Source of the DNA: Escherichia virus ECG4
Length of the DNA stretch: 39,253 nucleotides
Direction: 5' to 3' (one strand)
Sequence record: MN218775.2
Shown here: piece after piece, positions 1 to 6,968 of the stretch
Layout of the letters: every line of letters begins with the position of its first letter
Numbering within the stretch: position 1 is the first letter of the stretch
Translations under genes and position numbers: made by a program
The notes under the pieces: model-generated
Told to the model about the DNA's origin: nothing
Databases searched by the model: none
What the model saw: the letters and a program-made list of their open reading frames with translations, nothing else

Positions 1-218
1 TCTCACAGTTCAAGAACCTCAAGTCTCCCCATAGGCCCTCTTTCAGTCCAGACAAAAGGCCCTACCCCAGTCTATCATAAGGCTGGACCGATGGTCAAGA
101 CGTTAGGTCAACGATAGGTTTAGGCTATGGCTGAGGTCAGGACGATAGGTAGGGACTATGGGTCTGCCTCTGAGTCCCTAGGTGTATAAGACATTACGTG
201 ACTACGTACAATCTAACT

Positions 219-301
219 ACCTACAGTCATTGACTCCTGCCTGTTTACCTACAGTCACCGACCATCGGTAAAGCCATTACCTACAGTCAAAGACCTACAG
301 T
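219..301. repeat. Left-end short direct repeats, four copies of ACCTACAGT (219-229, 247-257, 279-289, 293-301)
   Basis: Motif seen four times within 85 bp; related GACCTACRGT copies occur at the right end (39173-39203). Position matches the T7 left-end CCTAAAG-type repeats. Confidence 0.5.
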
Positions 302-404
302 TAACCGACACAAAGCTATAGACTTAAGGTCTAATACATGTTAGTCAAAGACTATATCCTCTTACACTATGGGGCCGACGATAGCTTAATCAATATTATT
401 TAAG

Positions 405-445
405 ATTACCTATTGACTACAGGTCCAGACTATGGCTTAATAGCT
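405..445 (+). promoter_or_regulatory. Host sigma70-type early promoter (T7 A1-like position)
   Basis: TTGACT at 413-418 preceded by an AT-rich UP-like stretch (391-410); weak -10 candidate CTTAAT about 17 bp downstream. Positional analogy to T7 A1. Confidence 0.4.
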
Positions 446-547
446 TCCGTCAACACGACACGGCAACAACCGGATAGTGAAGACGCCGGGTCATCCCGGT
501 TAAGTAGACAACCTGATAAGTCATACGAACAACAGGCAGATGACAGA

Positions 548-590
548 AAGTAGTTGACAAGATGTACCGACTTAAAGTAGTATGTACCAC
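548..590 (+). promoter_or_regulatory. Host sigma70-type early promoter (T7 A2/A3-like)
   Basis: TTGACA at 554-559, 18-bp spacer, TAGTAT at 578-583; closely resembles the T7 A3 region (TTGACAACATGAAG...). Confidence 0.5.
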
Positions 591-703
591 ATCAACACGA
601 AACAACGGTGACGACCAACACTGAAACGGTCTACCCTGAAGTCGACTGATAAAGGGAATGCTCTTTAACAATCTGGATAAACTCTTAATGTGCGCCGATA
701 GCG

Positions 704-759
704 ACTAACTACAGGGTCTTTGAGTCTACATCTGAAGGCCCTGACTGATAGTCACTAAC
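704..759 (+). repeat. Conserved early intergenic element, copy 1 (candidate RNase III processing site / 5' leader)
   Basis: CTAACTACAGG ... CTGACTGATAGTCACTAAC immediately upstream of the RBS of the 776 gene; the same about 50-nt element recurs before the next two early genes. Confidence 0.4.
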
Positions 760-775
760 CGAACAGAAGGACAGT

Positions 776-1021
776 ATGAAGGCAAGCTACACAATCACTA
801 ATCACAATGAAGTATTCGTGAACACTAAAGGTTATGCGTGGATTCAGCTTAAAGAGACGACAGGAGCGCGTCACCGTGTGGTAGTGCGCAAGGTCTCAAG
901 CAAGCCGTTCAGCAACTACAGCGTAGATACTGTTCGTATAGACAACGAGACCTACCTGATAGACTCGCAGATAACCGTGAGTCCTACAGCGAGCGCCTCA
1001 GCTCCTTATTTCGCTAACTGA
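776..1021 (+). CDS. Early protein, 81 aa, unknown function
   Basis: ORF with AAGGA RBS; first gene after the host promoters; preceded by conserved leader element. No recognisable motif. Confidence 0.6.
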   Translation: MKASYTITNHNEVFVNTKGYAWIQLKETTGARHRVVVRKVSSKPFSNYSVDTVRIDNETYLIDSQITVSPTASASAPYFAN

Positions 1022-1024
1022 GAG

Positions 1025-1076
1025 TGATTAACTACCGGTCGTTCGACTCATACCGGCCCGACTGATAGTCACTAAC
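1025..1076 (+). repeat. Conserved early intergenic element, copy 2
   Basis: TGATTAACTACCGGTCGTTCGACT ... CCCGACTGATAGTCACTAAC directly after the stop of the 776 gene. Confidence 0.4.
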
Positions 1077-1094
1077 AACCTAAGAGGATTCATT

Positions 1095-1373
1095 ATGAGA
1101 CTGAACAAAGCTACAGCAGAAGCCTTTCGCAAGGAGCTTGAATCAAGATTATTGTGTGGAGTGGCGGAAGGAGCCGCTCGGTATAAAGAGAATGGTCTAA
1201 CGTTCAAGCGCTTTATGTGGGATTGCTATCACGGAGTGGGCCATAAAAAGGCGCAGGATATAATCACCAGTAACAATGCGGAAGTGCAAGTGGTGGGAGG
1301 ATATATGACTAACGTGAAGGATTCACACATAGAGACCATGCTCAAGAATGCACTTAAAGATGTAGCCTACTAG
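1095..1373 (+). CDS. Early protein, 92 aa, unknown function
   Basis: ORF with AGAGGA RBS, flanked by conserved leader elements. Confidence 0.6.
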   Translation: MRLNKATAEAFRKELESRLLCGVAEGAARYKENGLTFKRFMWDCYHGVGHKKAQDIITSNNAEVQVVGGYMTNVKDSHIETMLKNALKDVAY

Positions 1374-1374
1374 T

Positions 1375-1437
1375 GATTAACTACAGGTCGTTAGACTGCT
1401 ACAGGTCGTTAGACTGGGCCTGACTGATAGTCACTAA
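1375..1437 (+). repeat. Conserved early intergenic element, copy 3 (internal tandem duplication of CTACAGGTCGTTAGACTG)
   Basis: TGATTAACTACAGGTCGTTAGACTG CTACAGGTCGTTAGACTG GGCCTGACTGATAGTCACTAAC upstream of ocr. Confidence 0.4.
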
Positions 1438-1470
1438 CATACACATACACAACTTTGAGAGGATATAACT

Positions 1471-1806
1471 ATGGAACGTAACGCTAACGCATACTATGAG
1501 CTGCTGGCTGCAACCGTTGAGGCATTTATCGAGCGTATTCAGTACGACCACCTGACTCAAGATGACGACTACAGCGATGCGCTGCACGAGGTCGTAGGCG
1601 ATCAGGTCCCGCACTATTACCACGAGATTTTCACGGTGATGGCTGCTGATGGTATAGACCACGAGTTCGAAGACTCTGGGCTGATGCCTGAAACCAAGGA
1701 CGTAACGCGTATCCTCCAAGCTCGCATCTATGAGGCGCTTTATAACGATGTGTCTAATAGCTTGGATGTAGTCTGGTTTGAGGCTGAAGAGGACTGCGAG
1801 CGATGA
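1471..1806 (+). CDS. ocr: Ocr-like anti-restriction protein (T7 gene 0.3 homologue), 111 aa
   Basis: Translation contains [43 protein letters not shown], closely matching T7 Ocr ([43 protein letters not shown]); acidic; GAGAGGA RBS. Confidence 0.9.
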   Translation: MERNANAYYELLAATVEAFIERIQYDHLTQDDDYSDALHEVVGDQVPHYYHEIFTVMAADGIDHEFEDSGLMPETKDVTRILQARIYEALYNDVSNSLDVVWFEAEEDCER

Positions 1807-1973
1807 TAACTTACGGTTTATGCCAGCACCACGTCACCAACGCCCGACTTATGGTCAAGACCGGGCAGTTAAACCACGATGCGACTATGCGTCACCTGAA
1901 AGCGGTCTACGAGGGCCGCAAGCGTATACACGACAGCTTACACGATGAGGATAACCAACAATGCACCAGATAA
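1803..1973 (+). CDS. Small early protein, 56 aa (below the ORF-track cutoff)
   Basis: ATG overlaps the ocr stop (ATGA coupling); open to the TAA at 1971-1973. Confidence 0.4.
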   Translation: MITYGLCQHHVTNARLMVKTGQLNHDATMRHLKAVYEGRKRIHDSLHDEDNQQCTR

Positions 1974-2086
1974 CTTATAGCAGCGAACAAGCGTTCTACG
2001 ATGGGTGCTACGAGCTGATGAAGCGCGATACTTGCTACGTGGCTAATCGTGAAAGCTTGACCATAACGCTGACAGGTGGATACTGA
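1961..2086 (+). CDS. Small early protein, 41 aa
   Basis: ATG at 1961 overlapping the end of the previous small ORF; ends at TGA 2084-2086 directly before the GTG start of the next ORF. Confidence 0.35.
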   Translation: MHQITYSSEQAFYDGCYELMKRDTCYVANRESLTITLTGGY

Positions 2087-2449
2087 GTGATAGACGAGAG
2101 GTCATCGACTGATAGGTGGCCTCAAAGATTACCACTTACATTGATAGGAGTTAACTATGAAAATGCATTACAGGGTATGCTTATCTCCGGTCATCTTTCT
2201 GATAGCTTGGGGACTTCTGGACGCAATCAAGCGAGGGTCATTCTAATGAGCTGGGTACTTCTGGGTATATCGATCTTCGGCTATGGACTTATCGCATACG
2301 TGCTGGTGAGAGACATCAACAAGGCACGTAAAGTCTATAAATTCAACTATGTACGTATGGTCCGCTGGACTGTACGTCAACCTAACGGACGATTCCTGCG
2401 CAATTTAGCGAACGTCTGGGATATAGCAACTCTTGGGAGCAAACTGTAA
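2087..2449 (+). CDS. Early protein, 120 aa, with a predicted transmembrane segment
   Basis: GTG start with AGGTGG about 8 nt upstream; hydrophobic stretch VILMSWVLLGISIFGYGLIAYVLV. An internal ATG at 2246 is an alternative start. Confidence 0.5.
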   Translation: MIDERSSTDRWPQRLPLTLIGVNYENALQGMLISGHLSDSLGTSGRNQARVILMSWVLLGISIFGYGLIAYVLVRDINKARKVYKFNYVRMVRWTVRQPNGRFLRNLANVWDIATLGSKL

Positions 2450-2775
2450 TGAACAAGTCATACGGGATTAATCTGGTACACTCTATGGACGCAGAAATGA
2501 ACATGTTAAGCCTACTGGCTACCGGGTATCATCACGGAACGTCAAGTCACACCGCACGTCAACAGCAGGAGCGGGACCGTGTACTACAGGCGCGACTCCG
2601 GGCAGAGGGCCATAAGTCCGAACTGATGTGTCTGGCGTATGGTGGACGACCAATCACCGACGATGGTAAACTTCTGGTATCAGGCTGGACGGCGATAGAC
2701 CAACGGTCAACCATCAAGCACACGACACAAGGTGACTTCAGTCATCTTCACGCTAACCCACTGATATGCAAGTAA
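2449..2775 (+). CDS. Early protein, 108 aa, unknown function (occupies the position where T7 has the gp0.7 kinase)
   Basis: ATG overlaps the previous stop; no kinase motifs seen. Confidence 0.5.
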   Translation: MNKSYGINLVHSMDAEMNMLSLLATGYHHGTSSHTARQQQERDRVLQARLRAEGHKSELMCLAYGGRPITDDGKLLVSGWTAIDQRSTIKHTTQGDFSHLHANPLICK

Positions 2776-2780
2776 TTATG

Positions 2781-2803
2781 ACTTAACTATCACTATAGGA
2801 CTC
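2781..2803 (+). promoter_or_regulatory. Phage RNAP promoter located upstream of the RNAP gene itself
   Basis: TTAACTATCACTATAGGA at 2783-2800, +1 G at 2798; matches the in-genome consensus. Confidence 0.7.
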
Positions 2804-2872
2804 AAGGTCTAAGACTCCAAGTGAAAGACCAAAGAGACTCTAAGTGAAAGACTAATAACAAGGACTTTAAGT

Positions 2873-5554
2873 ATGAGCGTCATCTCTATTGACAAACATG
2901 ACTTCTCTGATGTGTCGAACGCCATTGAGCCGTTTAACCTGCTGGCTGACCACTACGGACAAGACCTTGCAGTCAAACAGCTTCAGCTTGAGCATGAGGC
3001 ATATACAGAAGGCGAGCGACGTTTCATCAAGAACCTTGAGCGGCAGACTGAGCGCGGGGAACTGGCAGACAATCAGGTCGCCAAGCCTTTGATGCAGACT
3101 CTGGTCCCTAAGATTGCGCAAGCCGTCAGGGAGTGGCACGAAGGCCTAGACGGGAAGCTGTCAACCTCGCGTCCTAGCGTAGCGTTCACCATGTTGAGCA
3201 CTGAAGAGAAGGCCGTTAAGGACCGCTCTATGCGCATCTCCTGTGAGTCCGCTGCGGTTATCATACTGAAGGTCATACTCTCCAAGCTGGTCAAGCCTGA
3301 AGGGATACCGATTACACCGATGGCCTCCGCGATAGGTCGCACGCTTGAGGACGAAATCCGCTTCGGTCGCATCCGTGACAAAGAGAAGGAGCACTTCAAG
3401 AAGGCGATAGCTGATAACCTGAACAAGCGAGCTGGGGCATCCTACAAGAAAGCCTACATGCAAGCGGTCGAGGCGTCCATGCTGGAGCAAGGCCAACTGG
3501 AAGATGCATGGGGTACTTGGAGTCCTACAGAGGCTGTACACGTTGGCATCAAGATGCTCGAGATTGTCATCCAGTCAACACAACTGGTCGAGCTTAAGCG
3601 GTACGGTGCTGGTAATGCAGCGGCTGACGTAGAGATGGTCCACCTGTCAGACTTCTGGGTCAAGAAGATGGCACAACGAGGATTCAGCCTTGCGGGTATC
3701 GCTCCAGTCTACCAGCCTTGCGTCGTTCCACCTAAGCCGTGGACTGGTGTCGTAGGTGGTGGGTACTGGGCCAAAGGTCGCAGACCGTTACCATTGATTC
3801 GCTTAGGGTCTAAGTCTGCGGTAGCACGTTATGAAGACGTATACATGCCTGAAGTCTATGACGCTGTGAACATCATTCAGAATACACCTTGGAAAGTTAA
3901 CAAGAAGGTATTGGACGTGGTGAACATGGTCGAGAAGCTGAACAACACGCCTATTAATGACATCCCTCAGATGGAACCGCTGAAGCCTGAGGACTATGCT
4001 GGTGAAACCGAGGAGGAACTCAAGGCATGGAAGAAGGCTGCTGCTGGTATCTATCGCCGCGAGAAGGCCAGACAGTCACGCAGATTGTCCATGAGTTTCA
4101 TCGTTCACCAGGCCAACAAGTTCTCACAGTTTAAGGCCATCTGGTTCCCGTACAACATGGATTGGCGAGGTCGTGTCTACGCTGTCCCGATGTTCAACCC
4201 TCAGGGTAACGACATGCAGAAGGGGCTCCTGACTCTGGCAGTCGGCAAGCCTATCGGGGCGGATGGTTTCAAATGGCTTAAAGTCCACGGTGCAAACTGT
4301 GCGGGTGTCGATAAAGTCACCTTCGATGAGCGCATCAAGTGGGTGGAAGACAACCACGAAAACATCATGGCTGCTGCTAAGGCACCGATGGATAGTATTG
4401 AGTGGTGGGGCAAGTTAGACTCTCCGTTCTGTTTCCTCGCGTTCTGCTTCGAGTATGCTGGCGTAATGCACCACGGCCTGTCTTACTCCTGCTCGCTGCC
4501 GATAGCGTTCGATGGGTCCTGCTCTGGTATTCAGCACTTCAGTGCGATGCTTCGTGACCACATCGGTGGACATGCAGTAAACCTGACGCCATCCGGCATG
4601 GTACAAGACATCTACCGCATTGTGTCTGACCGCATTGAGGAGGAGCTTAAAGTCCTTCTGATTAACGGTACTGACAACGAGATGGTCACTCACGAGGATA
4701 AGAAAACTGGTGAGATTACCGAACGTATCAAGCTGGGGACACGAGAGCTGGCCCGTCGGTGGCTGACATACGGTATGTCACGCAAGGTCACTAAGCGTTC
4801 AGTCATGACTCTGGCATACGGGTCGAAAGAGTACGGATTCGCAGACCAAGTTTACGAGGACATCGTGATGCCAGCGATTGACTCAGGGTCTGGCGCTATG
4901 TTCACTGAACCAAGCCAAGCGTCTCGCTTCATGGCAAAGATGATTTGGGAAGCTGTGAGTGTGACAGTAGTTGCTGCGGTTGACGCGATGAAGTGGCTTC
5001 AAGGTGCTGCCAAGCTGCTGGCTGCTGAGGTGAAGGACAAGAAGACTGGGGAAATCCTGAAGCCTTGCCTTCCGGTACACTGGGTCACACCTGATGGGTT
5101 CCCGGTCTGGCAGGAATACCGCAAGAAGGATACCACTCGTCTGAACCTGATGTTCTTAGGGTCCTTCAACCTTCAACCTACGGTCAACAAAGGTACGAAG
5201 AAAGAGCTGGACAAGCACAAGCAGGAGTCAGGCATTAGCCTTAACTTCGTCCACTCACAAGATGGTAGCCACCTGCGGAAGACTGTAGTCCACACTCACA
5301 GCAAGTATGGCGTGATGTCATTCGCAGTGATTCACGATAGCTTCGGGACCATCCCTGCTGACGCTGAGTATCTGTTCCGTGGTGTCCGTGAGACGATGGT
5401 CGAGACATACCGCGATAACGATGTGCTGCTTGACTTCTACGAGCAGTTTGAATACCAGCTTCATGAAAGCCAGCGCGACAAGTTGCCTGAGCTTCCGAAG
5501 AAAGGTAAACTGAATATCGAAGACATCTTGTCTTCAGACTTTGCATTCGCTTAA
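2873..5554 (+). CDS. Single-subunit DNA-directed RNA polymerase (T7 gene 1 homologue), 893 aa
   Basis: Length and colinear similarity to T7 RNAP, including the C-terminal HSQDGSHLRKTVV ... DSFGTIPADA ... SDFAFA. Confidence 0.97.
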   Translation: MSVISIDKHDFSDVSNAIEPFNLLADHYGQDLAVKQLQLEHEAYTEGERRFIKNLERQTERGELADNQVAKPLMQTLVPKIAQAVREWHEGLDGKLSTSRPSVAFTMLSTEEKAVKDRSMRISCESAAVIILKVILSKLVKPEGIPITPMASAIGRTLEDEIRFGRIRDKEKEHFKKAIADNLNKRAGASYKKAYMQAVEASMLEQGQLEDAWGTWSPTEAVHVGIKMLEIVIQSTQLVELKRYGAGNAAADVEMVHLSDFWVKKMAQRGFSLAGIAPVYQPCVVPPKPWTGVVGGGYWAKGRRPLPLIRLGSKSAVARYEDVYMPEVYDAVNIIQNTPWKVNKKVLDVVNMVEKLNNTPINDIPQMEPLKPEDYAGETEEELKAWKKAAAGIYRREKARQSRRLSMSFIVHQANKFSQFKAIWFPYNMDWRGRVYAVPMFNPQGNDMQKGLLTLAVGKPIGADGFKWLKVHGANCAGVDKVTFDERIKWVEDNHENIMAAAKAPMDSIEWWGKLDSPFCFLAFCFEYAGVMHHGLSYSCSLPIAFDGSCSGIQHFSAMLRDHIGGHAVNLTPSGMVQDIYRIVSDRIEEELKVLLINGTDNEMVTHEDKKTGEITERIKLGTRELARRWLTYGMSRKVTKRSVMTLAYGSKEYGFADQVYEDIVMPAIDSGSGAMFTEPSQASRFMAKMIWEAVSVTVVAAVDAMKWLQGAAKLLAAEVKDKKTGEILKPCLPVHWVTPDGFPVWQEYRKKDTTRLNLMFLGSFNLQPTVNKGTKKELDKHKQESGISLNFVHSQDGSHLRKTVVHTHSKYGVMSFAVIHDSFGTIPADAEYLFRGVRETMVETYRDNDVLLDFYEQFEYQLHESQRDKLPELPKKGKLNIEDILSSDFAFA

Positions 5555-5620
5555 CAGGAGAGAGTTCTGAAATTTGCACACAAGCATGCTGGAGTTAAGG
5601 GCGGGACTCAAATCGTGACC

Positions 5621-5782
5621 ATGACAGAACACAACGGCAATGGTCTGGTGAAGACCACGGTCATTCCTACCGAAATGTCAAAGCAGCTTAACGTCCCATT
5701 CAAGACCCTCGTCTATCTTGTGGAATCCAGCCACGAGAAATACCTGAAAGACGCAGTGACCAAGCTGGAGCAGACCAAATGA
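5621..5782 (+). CDS. Hypothetical 53-aa protein inside the atypical segment after the RNAP gene
   Basis: ATG ORF MTEHNGNGLVKTTVIPTEMSKQLNVPFKTLVYLVESSHEKYLKDAVTKLEQTK; weak RBS; T7 has no gene here. Confidence 0.3.
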   Translation: MTEHNGNGLVKTTVIPTEMSKQLNVPFKTLVYLVESSHEKYLKDAVTKLEQTK

Positions 5783-6023
5783 CAGACCTACAGTTACTGG
5801 CCTTGTGGCTGGGAGCACTCGCAGTATTCACTTTAATCCAAAGCAGAAGAGGTTAACCCATACGTTCAACCTTATACTGCAAGCCCGTATCGCAGATCTC
5901 GCAGCAACCATCGAGGGTCAGGACCAAAATCTTGAGCTGGCTAACCGGGAGCCCGCACGGCTAGGGGCCAAGATTTAGAAGGCTGAAGAGAAGCGTGAAG
6001 TCGAGCCGTTCGAGGTTAAGCGG

Positions 6024-6416
6024 ATGGTCGGCCTGAAGTTCAAGGCTCTGTTCAATAGCCTCTACCAGCCGACTGAGTTCAAGACCGGGCCTGGAGCATG
6101 CGGTAAGATTGTGACGCACTTCACCACGAGTCGAGACGAGCGGACCCTGACCATCCACCAGCACCACACGGATGGCTCTCAGAAGGACTACATGCTGAGA
6201 CTGAGCGACATCGACGGTCGCATCCAGTATGACTACGAGCAAGTTAAAGTCTATGGACAGGAGGCCGAACGTGAGCGAGCGATTCAGGCATTCACGCAGG
6301 TAAGACCGCGCATCATCTTACCCCTTTGCCTCCCATTGCCGTTAACCGTTAAAATTCCGTGTCGACGTACGTACGTACGTACGTACGTACGTACGTTGCA
6401 TGCATGCATGCACTAA
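6024..6416 (+). CDS. Hypothetical 130-aa ORF that runs into the tetranucleotide repeat tract
   Basis: ATG with GAGG 8 nt upstream. The last about 15 codons are translated from the (ACGT)n/(TGCA)n tract and the stop is the TAA of the downstream promoter, so the 3' end is not credible as native coding. Confidence 0.25.
   Translation: MVGLKFKALFNSLYQPTEFKTGPGACGKIVTHFTTSRDERTLTIHQHHTDGSQKDYMLRLSDIDGRIQYDYEQVKVYGQEAERERAIQAFTQVRPRIILPLCLPLPLTVKIPCRRTYVRTYVRTLHACMH
6357..6412. repeat. Perfect tetranucleotide tandem tract: SalI-like GTCGAC, then (ACGT)x8 (6365-6396), then (TGCA)x4 (6397-6412)
   Basis: Read directly from the sequence. Contains ATG in all three frames (6400, 6404, 6408) and three GCATGC sites; abuts the phi1.1-like promoter. 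Confidence 0.95.
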
Positions 6417-6434
6417 ACTATCACTATAGGATTA
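6412..6434 (+). promoter_or_regulatory. Phage RNAP promoter (phi1.1-like)
   Basis: TAAACTATCACTATAGGA at 6414-6431, +1 G at 6429. Confidence 0.75.
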
Positions 6435-6476
6435 GACTCAAGGTCATGACTCAAAGTCGTGGCCTTCATGATTAAC
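6433..6476 (+). promoter_or_regulatory. Conserved hairpin element TAGACTCAAGGTCAT ... GTGGCCTTCATGATTAAC (candidate RNase III site, R1.1-like)
   Basis: One of three near-identical elements (also 13237-13278 and 36245-36287); AAGGTC can pair with GGCCTT. Confidence 0.45.
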
Positions 6477-6514
6477 CTTTATTACTCATTTTCAATTATT
6501 GGAGCTTTACCCCT

Positions 6515-6688
6515 ATGTATCAGAACACTATCAACTTCGAGCGAATCCGTGAACGTCAGCAGACTGAAGATTATATTCCGAAGGGACGCAAGCTGAACAA
6601 GACCAAGCGTGGTGGAGGTGTCAAGGGTGCTTTCCGTAACGCTGAAGGCAAAGACTCTCTATGGTCAACCAAGAGAAATACTTCGTAG
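6515..6688 (+). CDS. gp1.1-like small basic protein, 57 aa
   Basis: Contains KGRKLNKTKR as in T7 gp1.1; GGAG RBS; position after the phi1.1 promoter. Confidence 0.6.
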   Translation: MYQNTINFERIRERQQTEDYIPKGRKLNKTKRGGGVKGAFRNAEGKDSLWSTKRNTS

Positions 6689-6701
6689 GAGTGTAAACCA
6701 A

Positions 6702-6968
6702 ATGGGCCGACTTTATAGTGGCAACCTCAACGCTTTCAAAGCAGCGTGTAACAGGCTTTATCAGTTAGACTTCGCTGTTATATCTCAGGAGTTTCAAGAC
6801 CATACGTCACGCCAAGAGTGCATGAAACTCAGGGTGGAGGACCGAGCTGGTAACATCTTCGCGCTTGAGACCTTCGCACACTACGATGAAGACGTGCTGT
6901 ATAATACTGCAACAGACTACCTCAACGGTCTCGCTGACCAACTCGACACATGGAGTATAACACAATGA
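6702..6968 (+). CDS. gp1.2-like protein (dGTPase inhibitor homologue), 88 aa
   Basis: MGRLYSGNLNAFKAACNRLYQLDFAVI ... matches the T7 gp1.2 N-terminus (MGRLYSGNLAAFKAATNKLFQLDLAVI). I used the internal ATG at 6702 rather than the GTG at 6609. Confidence 0.75.
   Translation: MGRLYSGNLNAFKAACNRLYQLDFAVISQEFQDHTSRQECMKLRVEDRAGNIFALETFAHYDEDVLYNTATDYLNGLADQLDTWSITQ

Noticed and set aside
361-380. Degenerate phage-promoter-like sequence CTTACACTATGGGG at the left end (possible phiOL analogue)
   Set aside because: Matches only the CACTAT core and lacks the conserved upstream TAAACTAT.
6357-6412. Tetranucleotide tracts as a CRISPR array or natural microsatellite
   Set aside because: No repeat-spacer organisation; perfect tetranucleotide units carrying restriction sites and all-frame start or stop codons point to a construct or artefact.
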